The notes beneath the pieces were generated by a model. That model searched no databases. It saw only the letters and a program-made list of their open reading frames with translations, and was not told the origin of the DNA. A stretch of 61,940 nucleotides of DNA, counting the filler. It is 3 parts of 3 records of this genome, joined end to end, with 100 filler letters (N's around TTAATTAATTAA, not from the genome) between each part and the next. Parts side by side here need not be neighbours in the genome. Positions count along the whole stretch, not along the records: positions 19,688 to 42,732 come from DRR378314_2548; 2 more parts are not named here. One strand, 5' to 3'. Shown piece by piece: positions 30,647-40,633 of this stretch. Within the stretch, counting starts at the first letter, position 1. Each line of letters starts with the position of its first letter. The translations under genes and the position numbers were made by a program.

Positions 30647-31293
30647 TCAGAAGCGCTACTGCCCCAAAGATCCTTAACCCGGCCATCACGGCCACATGAC
30701 GCGCGATAATAGCGGTACTTGAGTGGGTTCTTCTTGTAATAATTCTGATGATAGCCTTCGGCTGGCCAGAAGGTGCTCGCCTGGAGCACCGGTGTAACGA
30801 CAGGATCTTTCAGAATTTCGGACTCTTCGATCTCGGCAATTTCGGCTTCCGCAACGGCGCGCTCATCCGCCGTGGCAACAAACACAGCTGTTCGATAGCT
30901 GTCGCCCTTGTCGCAGAACTGTCCGTAGGGATCCGTTGGGTCCACATGCCGGAAGAAGAAATCGACGAGCGTTTCATAGCTCACAACGTCCGGATCATAG
31001 GTGACTTTCACCGCCTCATAATGTCCGGTGTTTTCCTTTGAAACCTGTTCATAGGTCGGATTGGCAAGCTCACCACCCGTGTACCCGGAAACCGTATCAA
31101 ACACGCCTTCAACCTTGTCGAAATCTGCCTCGACACACCAGAAGCATCCCCCGGCAAAGATCGCGGTCGACAAGCGTTTCGCGCTTGGCTCTGAAACAGG
31201 CTGATTCTCGGCGCCAGCATTGGAAAAGAAGGCAAGCGCCATTGCGGCCAGGCCGGCAGCAACGGTCAATGTGGGGGCGGACGGTAAACGCAT
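30640..31293 (-). CDS. msrA: Peptide-methionine (S)-S-oxide reductase, probably exported
   Basis: FAGGCFWCVE, SGYTGG, GQFCDKG, AEGYHQNYY; hydrophobic N-terminal signal. Confidence 0.93.
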   Translation of the reverse strand: MRLPSAPTLTVAAGLAAMALAFFSNAGAENQPVSEPSAKRLSTAIFAGGCFWCVEADFDKVEGVFDTVSGYTGGELANPTYEQVSKENTGHYEAVKVTYDPDVVSYETLVDFFFRHVDPTDPYGQFCDKGDSYRTAVFVATADERAVAEAEIAEIEESEILKDPVVTPVLQASTFWPAEGYHQNYYKKNPLKYRYYRASCGRDGRVKDLWGSSASDH

Positions 31294-31456
31294 ATCTGAA
31301 CCCGGTACTCTAAACTCTCGCGGCAAAACCACACGCCGCTTCCAGTCCCTCATATGGCTGTCCCCCGGTCGCCGTGAAGGCCGCAAAGGCAGTGTTGACA
31401 GAAATGTGTTTCAGCCATGTTGCCGATTGGTGTCAGTCGTGTGCGCAGTTGTGTCA

Positions 31457-33514
31457 TCACGACGGCCCCGTCAAAACGCGGACACGAATCAGGCTGGACC
31501 GGCCGCTGCCGTCAACCGCTGTGACCGTATAGAACCCTGCCTGCGATGGCCTCCAGATGGGCGCACCGGCATCGTCGGTCTCGGCCGGACTGCCATCGAT
31601 GTACCAGCTGAGCTTTCCCTCACCTCGCCCCGCAAGGACGAAAGGCCGGGCCGAACTGCCATCCACACTGCCGGCCCATAATTCCGCATTGGCTGGCGGA
31701 AACAGAATTTCAGGCGGCGCCGCAGGCGAAAAGTCATGCAACGCACCACGCGTTTCAATTTTGCTCTGAGTGGTCAATCGCGTGCGGGCCTCGCCCTCGT
31801 CCCGCAAATGGTGTGCAGTACGATCTGCGATTTCAAACAGAATGGGCAAAGCAGTGGTCCGTCCGGTCTTGCCGGGCCGTGGCGCTCCGTCCGCCCTGCC
31901 TACCCACACCACGATGGCATGCTCACCGGACACACCCGCGGCCCAGCTGTCACGGAACCCATAGGACGTACCTGTCTTGAAAGCGACTTGCGGCGCCCCT
32001 TCCGTCAAGCGCCCCGGCATACGCCCTTCAGGCATGGGACCATTTTGCAGGATACGGATGATGTCTGAAGCACTCTCCGCGCTGACCAGCCTACGCCCCG
32101 TTCGCTCAAAACTTGCCGTTTCCCCGTCGGCGCGCCAGACCAGCGGCTTGGCCACACCTTCGTCCCCAAGCGCCGAATAGAGCACGGCAAGCTCCCGCGC
32201 CGTCAGGCCAGCACCACCAAGCGCTAGGGCAAGCCCAGCTTCTCGATTTGCACTGCCACTGATCCGGGGGCGCGCACCTGCCAGCGCGAGTTGCGCCGCA
32301 AAGCGCTCTGGCCCCACTCGGTCCAGCATCAGGACGGCCGGCACATTCAGGGAATGTTGAAGCGCGTCCGACACGCGAACGTCGCCGCGAAACAAGCGAT
32401 CAAAATTCTCTGGCTGATAGGACGCAAACCGCTTTGGCAAATCGGCAATTCGCGTATCCGGCGCCGCCTGCCCGTCATCAAACGCCATGGCGTAGACAAA
32501 AGGTTTCAGTGTCGATCCCGGAGATCGCGCCTGCGCCGTCAGGTCCAACCACCCCCCTGCCCTGTCACGTGACGCAGACCCAACCAGAGCCCGCACGCCC
32601 CGCGTGGGTATATGCACCACGATGGCGGAGACCTGCACATCCGTGCCCTCTGCCTCAGCCTTTCGCAGGGCCATCGCTTCCAGTTCAGATTGGAGGCCCG
32701 CATCCAGCGTGGACTGCACATCTTCACGCGGACCACTCGAAAGTGCCTTTTCTGTCCCATGCCAGGCACGCATCGGAAAGTCCCTCCGGCGTGTGGGCAC
32801 AGAGGACAGCATCACCTCCTCCACGTCCGCATCACTGAAAACGCCGTACCGATTGAGCTTGGTCGCAACCCAGTCGCGCGCTTTTCTGGCCTGCTCTGGG
32901 CGGCGGTCAGGTCGGCGTACTTCAGGGGATTGCGGCAGTGCAATTAGTATTGCAATTTCATCATCAGACAGACGATCTGCTTCATGGCCGAAATAGCTCC
33001 AGCTAGCCGCGCGAACCCCTTCCAGATTTCCTCCATAGGGGGTCAGCGTCAGGTAGAGTTCAAGAATTTCATCCTTGGATAATCGGCGCTCGATCTGCCA
33101 GGCACGGGCGATCTCAATTATTTTGGAGCCTACATTGCGATCCCGCGGCTCCAGCATGCGAGCGGTCTGCATGGTGATCGTGGAGCCACCGGACACTACA
33201 CGGCCCGCCCTCGCTGAATCGACCACAGCGCGCATGAGCCCGGCCCAGTCGGTTCCGCGATGACTGTAGAAGCGCTTGTCCTCCACACGGATCAGCGCCT
33301 CTATGAATTCAGGATCAATTTGGTCCAGGTCGCCGCGAAACCGCCAACGGCCATCATCAGTCGGGAAAGCCCGCAGCGGCTTTCCCTCGCGATCCGTGAC
33401 AAGCGCCGAAATCTCTCCGGCGCGTTCTAATGGTGGCGGCAGAACATGGTCCGCAAGCACGACCGCCGCAAACAATGCGGCGATCGCGATGACGATCCGC
33501 CGTGGCGTCAGCAT
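31457..33514 (-). CDS. pbpC: Penicillin-binding protein 1C
   Basis: EDKRF, GGSTITMQ transglycosylase motifs; STLK, SLN, KTG transpeptidase motifs; BiPBP_C tail; follows the A2M gene. Confidence 0.93.
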   Translation of the reverse strand: MLTPRRIVIAIAALFAAVVLADHVLPPPLERAGEISALVTDREGKPLRAFPTDDGRWRFRGDLDQIDPEFIEALIRVEDKRFYSHRGTDWAGLMRAVVDSARAGRVVSGGSTITMQTARMLEPRDRNVGSKIIEIARAWQIERRLSKDEILELYLTLTPYGGNLEGVRAASWSYFGHEADRLSDDEIAILIALPQSPEVRRPDRRPEQARKARDWVATKLNRYGVFSDADVEEVMLSSVPTRRRDFPMRAWHGTEKALSSGPREDVQSTLDAGLQSELEAMALRKAEAEGTDVQVSAIVVHIPTRGVRALVGSASRDRAGGWLDLTAQARSPGSTLKPFVYAMAFDDGQAAPDTRIADLPKRFASYQPENFDRLFRGDVRVSDALQHSLNVPAVLMLDRVGPERFAAQLALAGARPRISGSANREAGLALALGGAGLTARELAVLYSALGDEGVAKPLVWRADGETASFERTGRRLVSAESASDIIRILQNGPMPEGRMPGRLTEGAPQVAFKTGTSYGFRDSWAAGVSGEHAIVVWVGRADGAPRPGKTGRTTALPILFEIADRTAHHLRDEGEARTRLTTQSKIETRGALHDFSPAAPPEILFPPANAELWAGSVDGSSARPFVLAGRGEGKLSWYIDGSPAETDDAGAPIWRPSQAGFYTVTAVDGSGRSSLIRVRVLTGPS

Positions 33515-33517
33515 GGC

Positions 33518-36500
33518 TTACTGGCCGCCCCCCATTGTCCCCGGTTGGGCACTGATCGTCACCCGGCCCGGCCGCGACCGTGCGAACACTTCCGGACGGT
33601 ACATGTCTTCGGCCACCACGCCCGGCATCGCGAATTCGCCCGGCGTGACGGCTCGCACCACATAGGCCAGCGTTACAGGTTGGGCGTAAGCATCTACCGC
33701 CGCCACGAACCGGTCATCCTGAGCCTCCGCAGTCTGCGCGTTGGCGATCTCACCAAGGAATGCAAACGCCCCTGAGCTGCCATACTGGCGACGCCCGTCT
33801 GCGGGTCGCAACACCGACTCAATTTCAAAGCCAGCGGGAAGAAGGTCTGCCACGATCACCGGATTGAGGCGGCGTTCCTGCGGCGACACAGTCAGACGCA
33901 CGACCAGCTGGTCCCCCTGACTGATGCGGGCCAGGTTTACGCGGCCACCCGTCAGCGTGAAGAAGCTCTTGTCGACGTTCAGTTTCGACGTCGCGGCAGG
34001 CGGCGCAGTTTCTGGCGAGCCAGAAACCATTACAGTCCGGAACATCGGCGCCTTGCCTTCAAGAGTGAATGTCACGCCTTCCTCGGCCTGTGCTTCGGTC
34101 AGGGCATACTGGCGGTCATTGTTATTGCCACGGCCGAGTCCCTCGACTTTCAGGCGGAAGCCATCGCCACCCTTGTTCAGGGCGTCCACCGCAAGCAGCG
34201 CGAAGGCTTTCTCCTGCGTGGTCAGACCACTCGGGTCAGGCGCATCTTCACTCAACTTCGCCGCAAGACGTTCAACGACATCCAGCATGTTGGCTTCGGA
34301 GGCGAGTGCGAGGATCGCGGTCTCGTCGCGCAGAGGCGTCTGGTAATAGTCGCCCGTATTCTCGTAGCCGAGCGCCTCCTCCGCAGCCGCAAAGGCCGAT
34401 GCTGCACGTGACCGATCACCCAGCATCGCCAGTCCCGCGCCAATATGTGCACGCGCCAGCGGGCTGTCGATTTCCGTCAGCTCACGATCATGCAGATAGC
34501 GCAGGCGAGAGATGTCTGCCTTACCCGCCTTGGCCAGCACATAGAGCGCATAGGCGGCAGAGCGTTGCATCATCTTTTCAGATGTGTCGTTGGAATAGCG
34601 GCTCTCATACACATCCGTGTCGTAGCCGTACACGCGCCAGGAATCTCCGGTCGATATCGCACGAAGTGCCCCATAGGCGCGCTCCAGCGCTTCATCCGGC
34701 ACTGCATATCCAGCCTGCTTTGCGCGATAGGCAAAATCGGTCACATATGCGCCAAGCCAGGGCGATGCATAGCCATCCCCTTCCCGCCACAGACCGAAGG
34801 CTCCATCCGATCCCTGACGGTTCAAAAGCGTGTTCACTGCGGTCTGAATACGCGTCTTCGGATCGTCACGGCGCTCTGGTGCGCCCATTGCAATCAACTG
34901 CTCGGAATAGAGCAAGGGCAAGGCCCGGCTCGTCGTCTGTTCCGTACAGCCATAAGGGTAGCGATCAAGCGAAGCGTACAGCGTCGCGGGGTCCATAGGC
35001 AACGTCGAGTAGCCAACACTCACCGACGCTGATCCCGGCACCAATCCGTCAAGTAAATCGGCAGACACGGTGTAGGTATCGCCCGGTTCCATGAGCGCGC
35101 GGCTGATGCGCGTGACCGGCAGATAGGGCGAACGCGTCTGGATTTGGTAAGAGCGCTCCGTCTCGAAATCATTTGGTCCACTGACAGCAAGACGTACCGT
35201 CGATATCCCTTCCGACGTCGCATCAACGCGCACCGGCACATCGGCGCGCACACCGGTCGCCAGGGACCGCGTCAGCTTGCCGTCGGCAACATCAACCGGG
35301 CCGTCCGCAGTGATCTCTGCGGTAAACGCGCCAGAGCCAACTTCAACATTGTCGATACTGGCCGTGATCTGGGCCTCGTCGCCCGGTGCCAGGAAGCGTG
35401 GCATGATCAGATCGGACGGCGCTTTTTCGCGCACGATCATGCTGGCCTCTGCCGAACCAAGCCCAGAGCGTGACCACGCCACAGCCATGAGGCGAAGTTC
35501 ACCATTGAACTCTGGCAGTTCCAGACGAACTTTCGTCTTGCCGGACCGGCCTACATCCACGAGGCCGGAGAACAGAGCAACCGACTTCACGGGGACCACC
35601 GAAAGTCCTTCGCCGCCAAGTTGATCACCGCCCGAGCGAACTTCAGCTGGCAACCCCATGTTCGGATCAAGCAGGCGACCATAATCGTCATACATCTCAA
35701 CACCGAGCGCCTTCTTGCCGTAATAGTAGCTGACAGGGTCCGGGCTCTTGAATTTGGTCAGGCTGAGGATGCCCTCATCCACCGCCGCCAGCGTCAGGAA
35801 GACCGGCTCACGCGGGCCACCATCAAACTCGACCCCGACAACCTGTTCGCCAACCGGGCGTGCAATTTCTGGCGCATTCAGCGTCAGTTCAAATGTACGC
35901 TCTCCCATGTCAACGGGGATGTGGGTGACACCCACAGCGCGGCGCGGCTTCGCCCGCAGGATCGGGTCGCGCTCGGTATAGACCGAGACCATGACATAGG
36001 CGCCTTCGCCCCATTCATCCGTAACCGGCAAGGTGACATTCGTTCCCTGCTCGCTGACGGAAAAATTCTGAACCGACAGAATACGGTCTGTCGCTACCAC
36101 GACTTGAGCCTGACCTTCATAAGGTGGCACGATGGTGATGTCAGCGCTCTGGCCTGCCGACGGCGCCTTCTCAGGGCCGATGATGCGAACACGATCCGGC
36201 GCTTCCGCACCATCTTCCGAGACACCGCCGCCCCAGCCAACATAGAAATCATCACTGGAGGCTGCAGACGCATTTGCATCAGTGCCCTCAACCACCAATT
36301 CGTGGCTTCCCCAGTCCAGACCCGAAACGCGGATCTCTGCGCTGCCGCCTTCTGGCGTCGTGACAATTCCCTCATTGACCTTGGTCACCGTACGGGACCG
36401 ACGCCAGCGCCAGCGATCCCCATCGCGGTACCAGTCATAATGGTAGTCGATGGCAAGCAATTTCCAGTTCAGGCGCTGGGCAATCGCCTGGCCTTTCTCG

Positions 36501-38491
36501 TTCATGGCCACGACTTCATAAGCCGCGTCCTGGCCTTCCTCGACCGAATACTCAAACCCGGGCTTGAGACCGACATAGAGCCGTTCCGGACGATACGGAA
36601 TACGCACGCTCTCCGTCACAGCCCGGCCGCCCGGCTCAAGTACGCTAACAACCGTATTGATCCGCAGTGGCACGCCCGCATTGCTGCCGGCATTTCCAGG
36701 TGCCAGCGTGACTGTCGTCACCCCTGCCCCATCCGTTGTGCGATCATCCATTTCCAGAATGCGTTCGCGGAAGTTCTCGTCATGACGACCGAACTTGAAA
36801 CCCTTGAAAGCCGGGAATGGATTCGCCTGCGCTTCGATCCGTGCTTCGGACTTCACGGTAAGGCCCGCGCCGGGTGCGCCGTAGAGAAAGCGGGAAGCCA
36901 CCTCGACTGCGCGCGTTCCACCCAGCAGGATCGGTGTCTCCTCGTCCGTATCCAGATCGACTGCGATACGCTGAGGCACGAAATCCTCTACCGAGAAACT
37001 TACCGAACCGGATGCGCCCGAGACGCCATCCATTTCGACTGTTGCGCGCCACTGGCCGCGCGATGCGCCCTTCGCCAGTTCATACCCTTCAACAACGGCC
37101 GATCCCTCCGGATCATCAAAGCGGATCTTTTCTGCAACCAGCCCATTCGGACGATAGATCACCAGATTGCCGCTGCGGTCTTCAATCGCCTTGCCCGTAT
37201 GATCACGCAGCAAGGCTGTCAGGCGAACCGTTTCGCCGGGACGATAGATGCCGCGTTCGGTATACATATAAGCGTCGATGTCACCGGATATACGACGTCC
37301 GCCCACGGCGTACTCTGACAAATCGACCGGAGCGCGTGTCAGATCCAGAACGGCCAACTCACCCTTGGCGCTATAGGCCAGGATCAGTTTCGGCTCCATA
37401 TTGCCTTGCCCGTTGGTGATTGGCGCGTCGAAGGCGATGCGTCCAACCTCGTTTGTGCGTCCCTCGGCAAGAATATCATTGTTGCGGGCGACCAATTGCA
37501 CAGTCGTATCCGGTACAGGTCGCCCATCCTGCAGGGATCGCAGTGTGATATCGAGCCCGTTGCCGCCCTCATACGCCGTGATGGCAAGGTCGGTCATCAT
37601 GATCCAGCGACTCGACGAGGCAGGTGGCTGCTCAGCGCTGCTGAGATCGGCTGCGTCCTTCACAGTCACGTAGTAGGCGCCAGGCTCCAATGGGCCGACG
37701 ACATCCTGCAACGGAAACACCGAAATGACCGGTGCGTTTTGTTCGTTCGCAATCGGCATGCGTCCAGTGAACAGTGTTTCCTGAACATCGTCCGGATTGT
37801 CTTCGCCCCAAGTGTATCCATAGCTGCCTTGAGCATTCGTCCGCCCCTGAGAGATGGATTTGAAGGCCAGCGCGCGATCATTCACGCGGGCGACCGTGAC
37901 TTCCACTTCGTCAACATTCACGGTTTCGATCGGCAGCCCATCCGCATCTTCGCGGGGCAGGATCACCCCTGCTCCCTTGAAGCCGACATAGGGTGGTCGA
38001 TCGGCAAAATCGATCGGCACGGTCTCTTCGGATTTCAACGTCCGCCCATCTGCGGCAGGAAGCCCAGACAGCAAAGTGGCCGACCGTTCCGATCCAAATG
38101 TCAGGCCACCCACGCAAAGTTCGCGTCCCTCGACGCTCAGCGCCGGGCGAAAGGCTGGTCGAAACTCGACATAAGGCGAATAGTCCGCCTCCGGATCAAG
38201 CGGCGCTGAAAACACAAAACAGGCCAGAGGCTGTTCGGTCGACGTGTCGATACGGTAGCGGAAATAGGAGAAATCCTGCTCGGCTTCTGCCTGCGCGGCC
38301 TGACGACGACGTTCGCGCTGGCGAGCCGCAACATTGTCTGCCGGTGACCGAGTAACGATCGTCCCTTCCTCACTGGCGACGTCAGACGGTTTGTCAGCTT
38401 TGTCCCCTCCGCACGCCGCCAGCGCAGCGATCAAGACGGCAGCAACCAGTGTCCGACCAAATCCCCGCTTGCCCGATACGAAGTACGACAT
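33518..38491 (-). CDS. Bacterial alpha-2-macroglobulin lipoprotein (YfhM-like)
   Basis: Lipobox LAAC, TERGIYRPGE, intact thioester YPYGCTEQ, EDMYRP. Confidence 0.95.
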   Translation of the reverse strand: MSYFVSGKRGFGRTLVAAVLIAALAACGGDKADKPSDVASEEGTIVTRSPADNVAARQRERRRQAAQAEAEQDFSYFRYRIDTSTEQPLACFVFSAPLDPEADYSPYVEFRPAFRPALSVEGRELCVGGLTFGSERSATLLSGLPAADGRTLKSEETVPIDFADRPPYVGFKGAGVILPREDADGLPIETVNVDEVEVTVARVNDRALAFKSISQGRTNAQGSYGYTWGEDNPDDVQETLFTGRMPIANEQNAPVISVFPLQDVVGPLEPGAYYVTVKDAADLSSAEQPPASSSRWIMMTDLAITAYEGGNGLDITLRSLQDGRPVPDTTVQLVARNNDILAEGRTNEVGRIAFDAPITNGQGNMEPKLILAYSAKGELAVLDLTRAPVDLSEYAVGGRRISGDIDAYMYTERGIYRPGETVRLTALLRDHTGKAIEDRSGNLVIYRPNGLVAEKIRFDDPEGSAVVEGYELAKGASRGQWRATVEMDGVSGASGSVSFSVEDFVPQRIAVDLDTDEETPILLGGTRAVEVASRFLYGAPGAGLTVKSEARIEAQANPFPAFKGFKFGRHDENFRERILEMDDRTTDGAGVTTVTLAPGNAGSNAGVPLRINTVVSVLEPGGRAVTESVRIPYRPERLYVGLKPGFEYSVEEGQDAAYEVVAMNEKGQAIAQRLNWKLLAIDYHYDWYRDGDRWRWRRSRTVTKVNEGIVTTPEGGSAEIRVSGLDWGSHELVVEGTDANASAASSDDFYVGWGGGVSEDGAEAPDRVRIIGPEKAPSAGQSADITIVPPYEGQAQVVVATDRILSVQNFSVSEQGTNVTLPVTDEWGEGAYVMVSVYTERDPILRAKPRRAVGVTHIPVDMGERTFELTLNAPEIARPVGEQVVGVEFDGGPREPVFLTLAAVDEGILSLTKFKSPDPVSYYYGKKALGVEMYDDYGRLLDPNMGLPAEVRSGGDQLGGEGLSVVPVKSVALFSGLVDVGRSGKTKVRLELPEFNGELRLMAVAWSRSGLGSAEASMIVREKAPSDLIMPRFLAPGDEAQITASIDNVEVGSGAFTAEITADGPVDVADGKLTRSLATGVRADVPVRVDATSEGISTVRLAVSGPNDFETERSYQIQTRSPYLPVTRISRALMEPGDTYTVSADLLDGLVPGSASVSVGYSTLPMDPATLYASLDRYPYGCTEQTTSRALPLLYSEQLIAMGAPERRDDPKTRIQTAVNTLLNRQGSDGAFGLWREGDGYASPWLGAYVTDFAYRAKQAGYAVPDEALERAYGALRAISTGDSWRVYGYDTDVYESRYSNDTSEKMMQRSAAYALYVLAKAGKADISRLRYLHDRELTEIDSPLARAHIGAGLAMLGDRSRAASAFAAAEEALGYENTGDYYQTPLRDETAILALASEANMLDVVERLAAKLSEDAPDPSGLTTQEKAFALLAVDALNKGGDGFRLKVEGLGRGNNNDRQYALTEAQAEEGVTFTLEGKAPMFRTVMVSGSPETAPPAATSKLNVDKSFFTLTGGRVNLARISQGDQLVVRLTVSPQERRLNPVIVADLLPAGFEIESVLRPADGRRQYGSSGAFAFLGEIANAQTAEAQDDRFVAAVDAYAQPVTLAYVVRAVTPGEFAMPGVVAEDMYRPEVFARSRPGRVTISAQPGTMGGGQ

Positions 38492-38661
38492 GGAACCCTC
38501 TCCTTTGAGCTTTCTTACAACTCTTACACCTCTTCGCCGCGGCGCGAACAGGGCGCGAATGGGTCAAATCAAAGAAAATTCTACAAATTCCGACCACAAT
38601 CCCGCGACCAACACCGCATTTGGGGGTTGCCAGTCGGTGACGCGCGGGGAATTGGTTCCGT

Positions 38662-39021
38662 ATGTGGATTTGGCGCGCAATCGGAAGTTTGGCCTTCGTG
38701 CTCGGCGCGATTGGACTGGCCATCCCGGTATGGCCAACCACTATCTTCTGGATCGTGGCCGCACTCGCTTTCGCCAAGTCCAACCCCATTTGGGCCGATT
38801 GGATCTATCGACAGCCCGGCGTCGGACCAACCATCAAGGCCTTCATTGAGACCGGAGCCATGGGGCGGGAAGCAAAGATTGCTGCCCTCATCGGTATGTC
38901 CATTGCCGCCGGCCTCATTGTTATCTTCGGCTTTCGCAATCCCTGGATGCTGGGTTTCGGACTCGGCCTCATCGCAATCGGGGCCGTTTTCGTCATTACG
39001 CGAAAACCCTTGCGAGACTGA
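38662..39021 (+). CDS. YbaN/DUF454 inner-membrane protein
   Basis: LGAIGLAIPVWPTTIF...FAKS motif. Confidence 0.82.
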   Translation: MWIWRAIGSLAFVLGAIGLAIPVWPTTIFWIVAALAFAKSNPIWADWIYRQPGVGPTIKAFIETGAMGREAKIAALIGMSIAAGLIVIFGFRNPWMLGFGLGLIAIGAVFVITRKPLRD

Positions 39022-39158
39022 GGGCCTTAAACGGGACTTACAAACGCAAGAAATAAGTGATCATTTCCTTACTTGCCGCATTCTGGCCGCATTTAGTTAG
39101 CAAACGCTTACTTACTAACCCCAGCTATCCTAGTTCGACAGCAAGAAGGAGATGGCCC

Positions 39159-39749
39159 ATGCCGGTCACGATTGTCGTTACAGCTTTCAAATCCGTAGCT
39201 TCCATTTTTGGCGGGCTGCTGCTCGCTGATTTTGTCTCAGGGATTACTCACTGGTTCGAAGATCGCTATGGGAACCCGAAATGGCCCGTCCTCGGACACA
39301 CAATCCGCGCCAACCAGGAGCACCATTTCCGCCCGCGGGCATTTTTGGAGGGCTCATTCCTGTCGCGAAACCGGGAAGTGCTCGTGATAGGTGCCCTGTT
39401 CCTGATCGCCTTCTGGGCAACGGATACGCTCAACCTGTTCACCGGCTCAGCCGTCCTGTTCGGGGCGTTCTCGAACGAGTTTCACCGCGCGGCGCATCGC
39501 AGTCCGAAAGAAAACGGAAAGCTGATCACTGCCCTTCAGAAAACGGGCCTGGCCCAGTCCTTCCAGCATCACGCCGCGCACCATCGCATGGGCAAGGACA
39601 CGCACTATTGCGTCATCACCAATTACACCAATCCCGTGCTGGAGCGGATCGGCTTCTTCCCTGCGCTGGAGCGAATTGTGAAGCGCGTGACCGGACGCAC
39701 TCCCCGCCCCGACGAAAGCGTAAATGTCCGCTTCCGCCAGGCCAATTGA
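39159..39749 (+). CDS. CarF/TMEM189/FAD4-family lipid desaturase
   Basis: ADFVSGITHWFED, EHHFRP, NEFHRAAH, QHHAAHH, YCVITNYTNPVLE; AAGGAG RBS before ATG 39159. Confidence 0.88.
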   Translation: MPVTIVVTAFKSVASIFGGLLLADFVSGITHWFEDRYGNPKWPVLGHTIRANQEHHFRPRAFLEGSFLSRNREVLVIGALFLIAFWATDTLNLFTGSAVLFGAFSNEFHRAAHRSPKENGKLITALQKTGLAQSFQHHAAHHRMGKDTHYCVITNYTNPVLERIGFFPALERIVKRVTGRTPRPDESVNVRFRQAN

Positions 39750-39771
39750 GCAAGAGCCGCGCGCCTACCCC

Positions 39772-39800
39772 TCCCCGCCTTCCTCTAGGGCGGGGATTTT
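39772..39800 (+). terminator. Intrinsic terminator after the desaturase
   Basis: TCCCCGCC-N9-GGCGGGGA-TTTT. Confidence 0.7.
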
Positions 39801-39855
39801 CATTGCGACGCCAGCCCGTAATCTGCGCAGCAAAGAAAAACAGGGAGAAAACACC

Positions 39856-40629
39856 ATGGATCTGGGCTTGAAGGGGAAGACAGTCTTCATTGCCGGCGCC
39901 AGCCGCGGCATTGGACTGGGCATTGCAGAAGCTTTGCTGGCCGAAGGGGCGAAAGTTGCCTTGGCAGCGCGCGGCGAGGAAAAACTTGAACAGGAACGCG
40001 CGCGCCTTGCGGGTGAGTATGGCGAAGACAATGTCTGGGCCCGCGCGGGAGACCTCAGAGACTCGCGCACTGTCGAGACGATGATCGACACGATCGAGAA
40101 CGAACTCGGCGAGCTATGGGGCGCCGTCGCGAATGTTGGCCTTCACCCCTGCCCTCCGGGATTCGAGGTTGATGACGCAACGTGGGACGCAGGCATTTCC
40201 CAGAATCTGGATTCGGCATTCTTCCTCGCCCGCTCGGCCCTTCGACGGATGGATCCTCGCGGCGAAGGCTCAATCCTAATGATCTCTTCCATCGCCGGCC
40301 TCACCGGGCTCGGCACGCCGCTTACCTATGGCACGTCGAAAGCAGCGATGAATCACCTGACCAAGGAACTCGCCCGGGTGTCCGGTCGCAACAATGTGCG
40401 TATCAACGCCATTGCACCCGGCAACATCATCTTCCCGGATGGCGAATGGGAAGAGCGCATCAATGGCGACCGCGGCGACGCCTGGAAACGCTGGATCAAG
40501 CGCGAAGTGCCACTCCAGCGGTTCGGCAGACCGGAAGAAATCGGATCCGCCGCTGCCTTCCTGCTCAGCCCCGTCGCCAGCTTCATCACAGGCGCGATCG
40601 TTCCTGTGGACGGTGGCCAGACCCGCTAG
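39856..40629 (+). CDS. SDR family oxidoreductase
   Basis: GASRGIG, SSIAG, YGTSK, INAIAPGN, VDGG; GGGAG RBS. Confidence 0.92.
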   Translation: MDLGLKGKTVFIAGASRGIGLGIAEALLAEGAKVALAARGEEKLEQERARLAGEYGEDNVWARAGDLRDSRTVETMIDTIENELGELWGAVANVGLHPCPPGFEVDDATWDAGISQNLDSAFFLARSALRRMDPRGEGSILMISSIAGLTGLGTPLTYGTSKAAMNHLTKELARVSGRNNVRINAIAPGNIIFPDGEWEERINGDRGDAWKRWIKREVPLQRFGRPEEIGSAAAFLLSPVASFITGAIVPVDGGQTR

Positions 40630-40633
40630 CGGG

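Noticed and set aside
35621..37318. 565-aa antisense ORF inside alpha-2-macroglobulin
   Set aside because: GC-rich shadow ORF with no domain signal.
31457..38491. A2M-pbpC pair as a novel defence system
   Set aside because: Well-known conserved pairing with a canonical CxEQ thioester.
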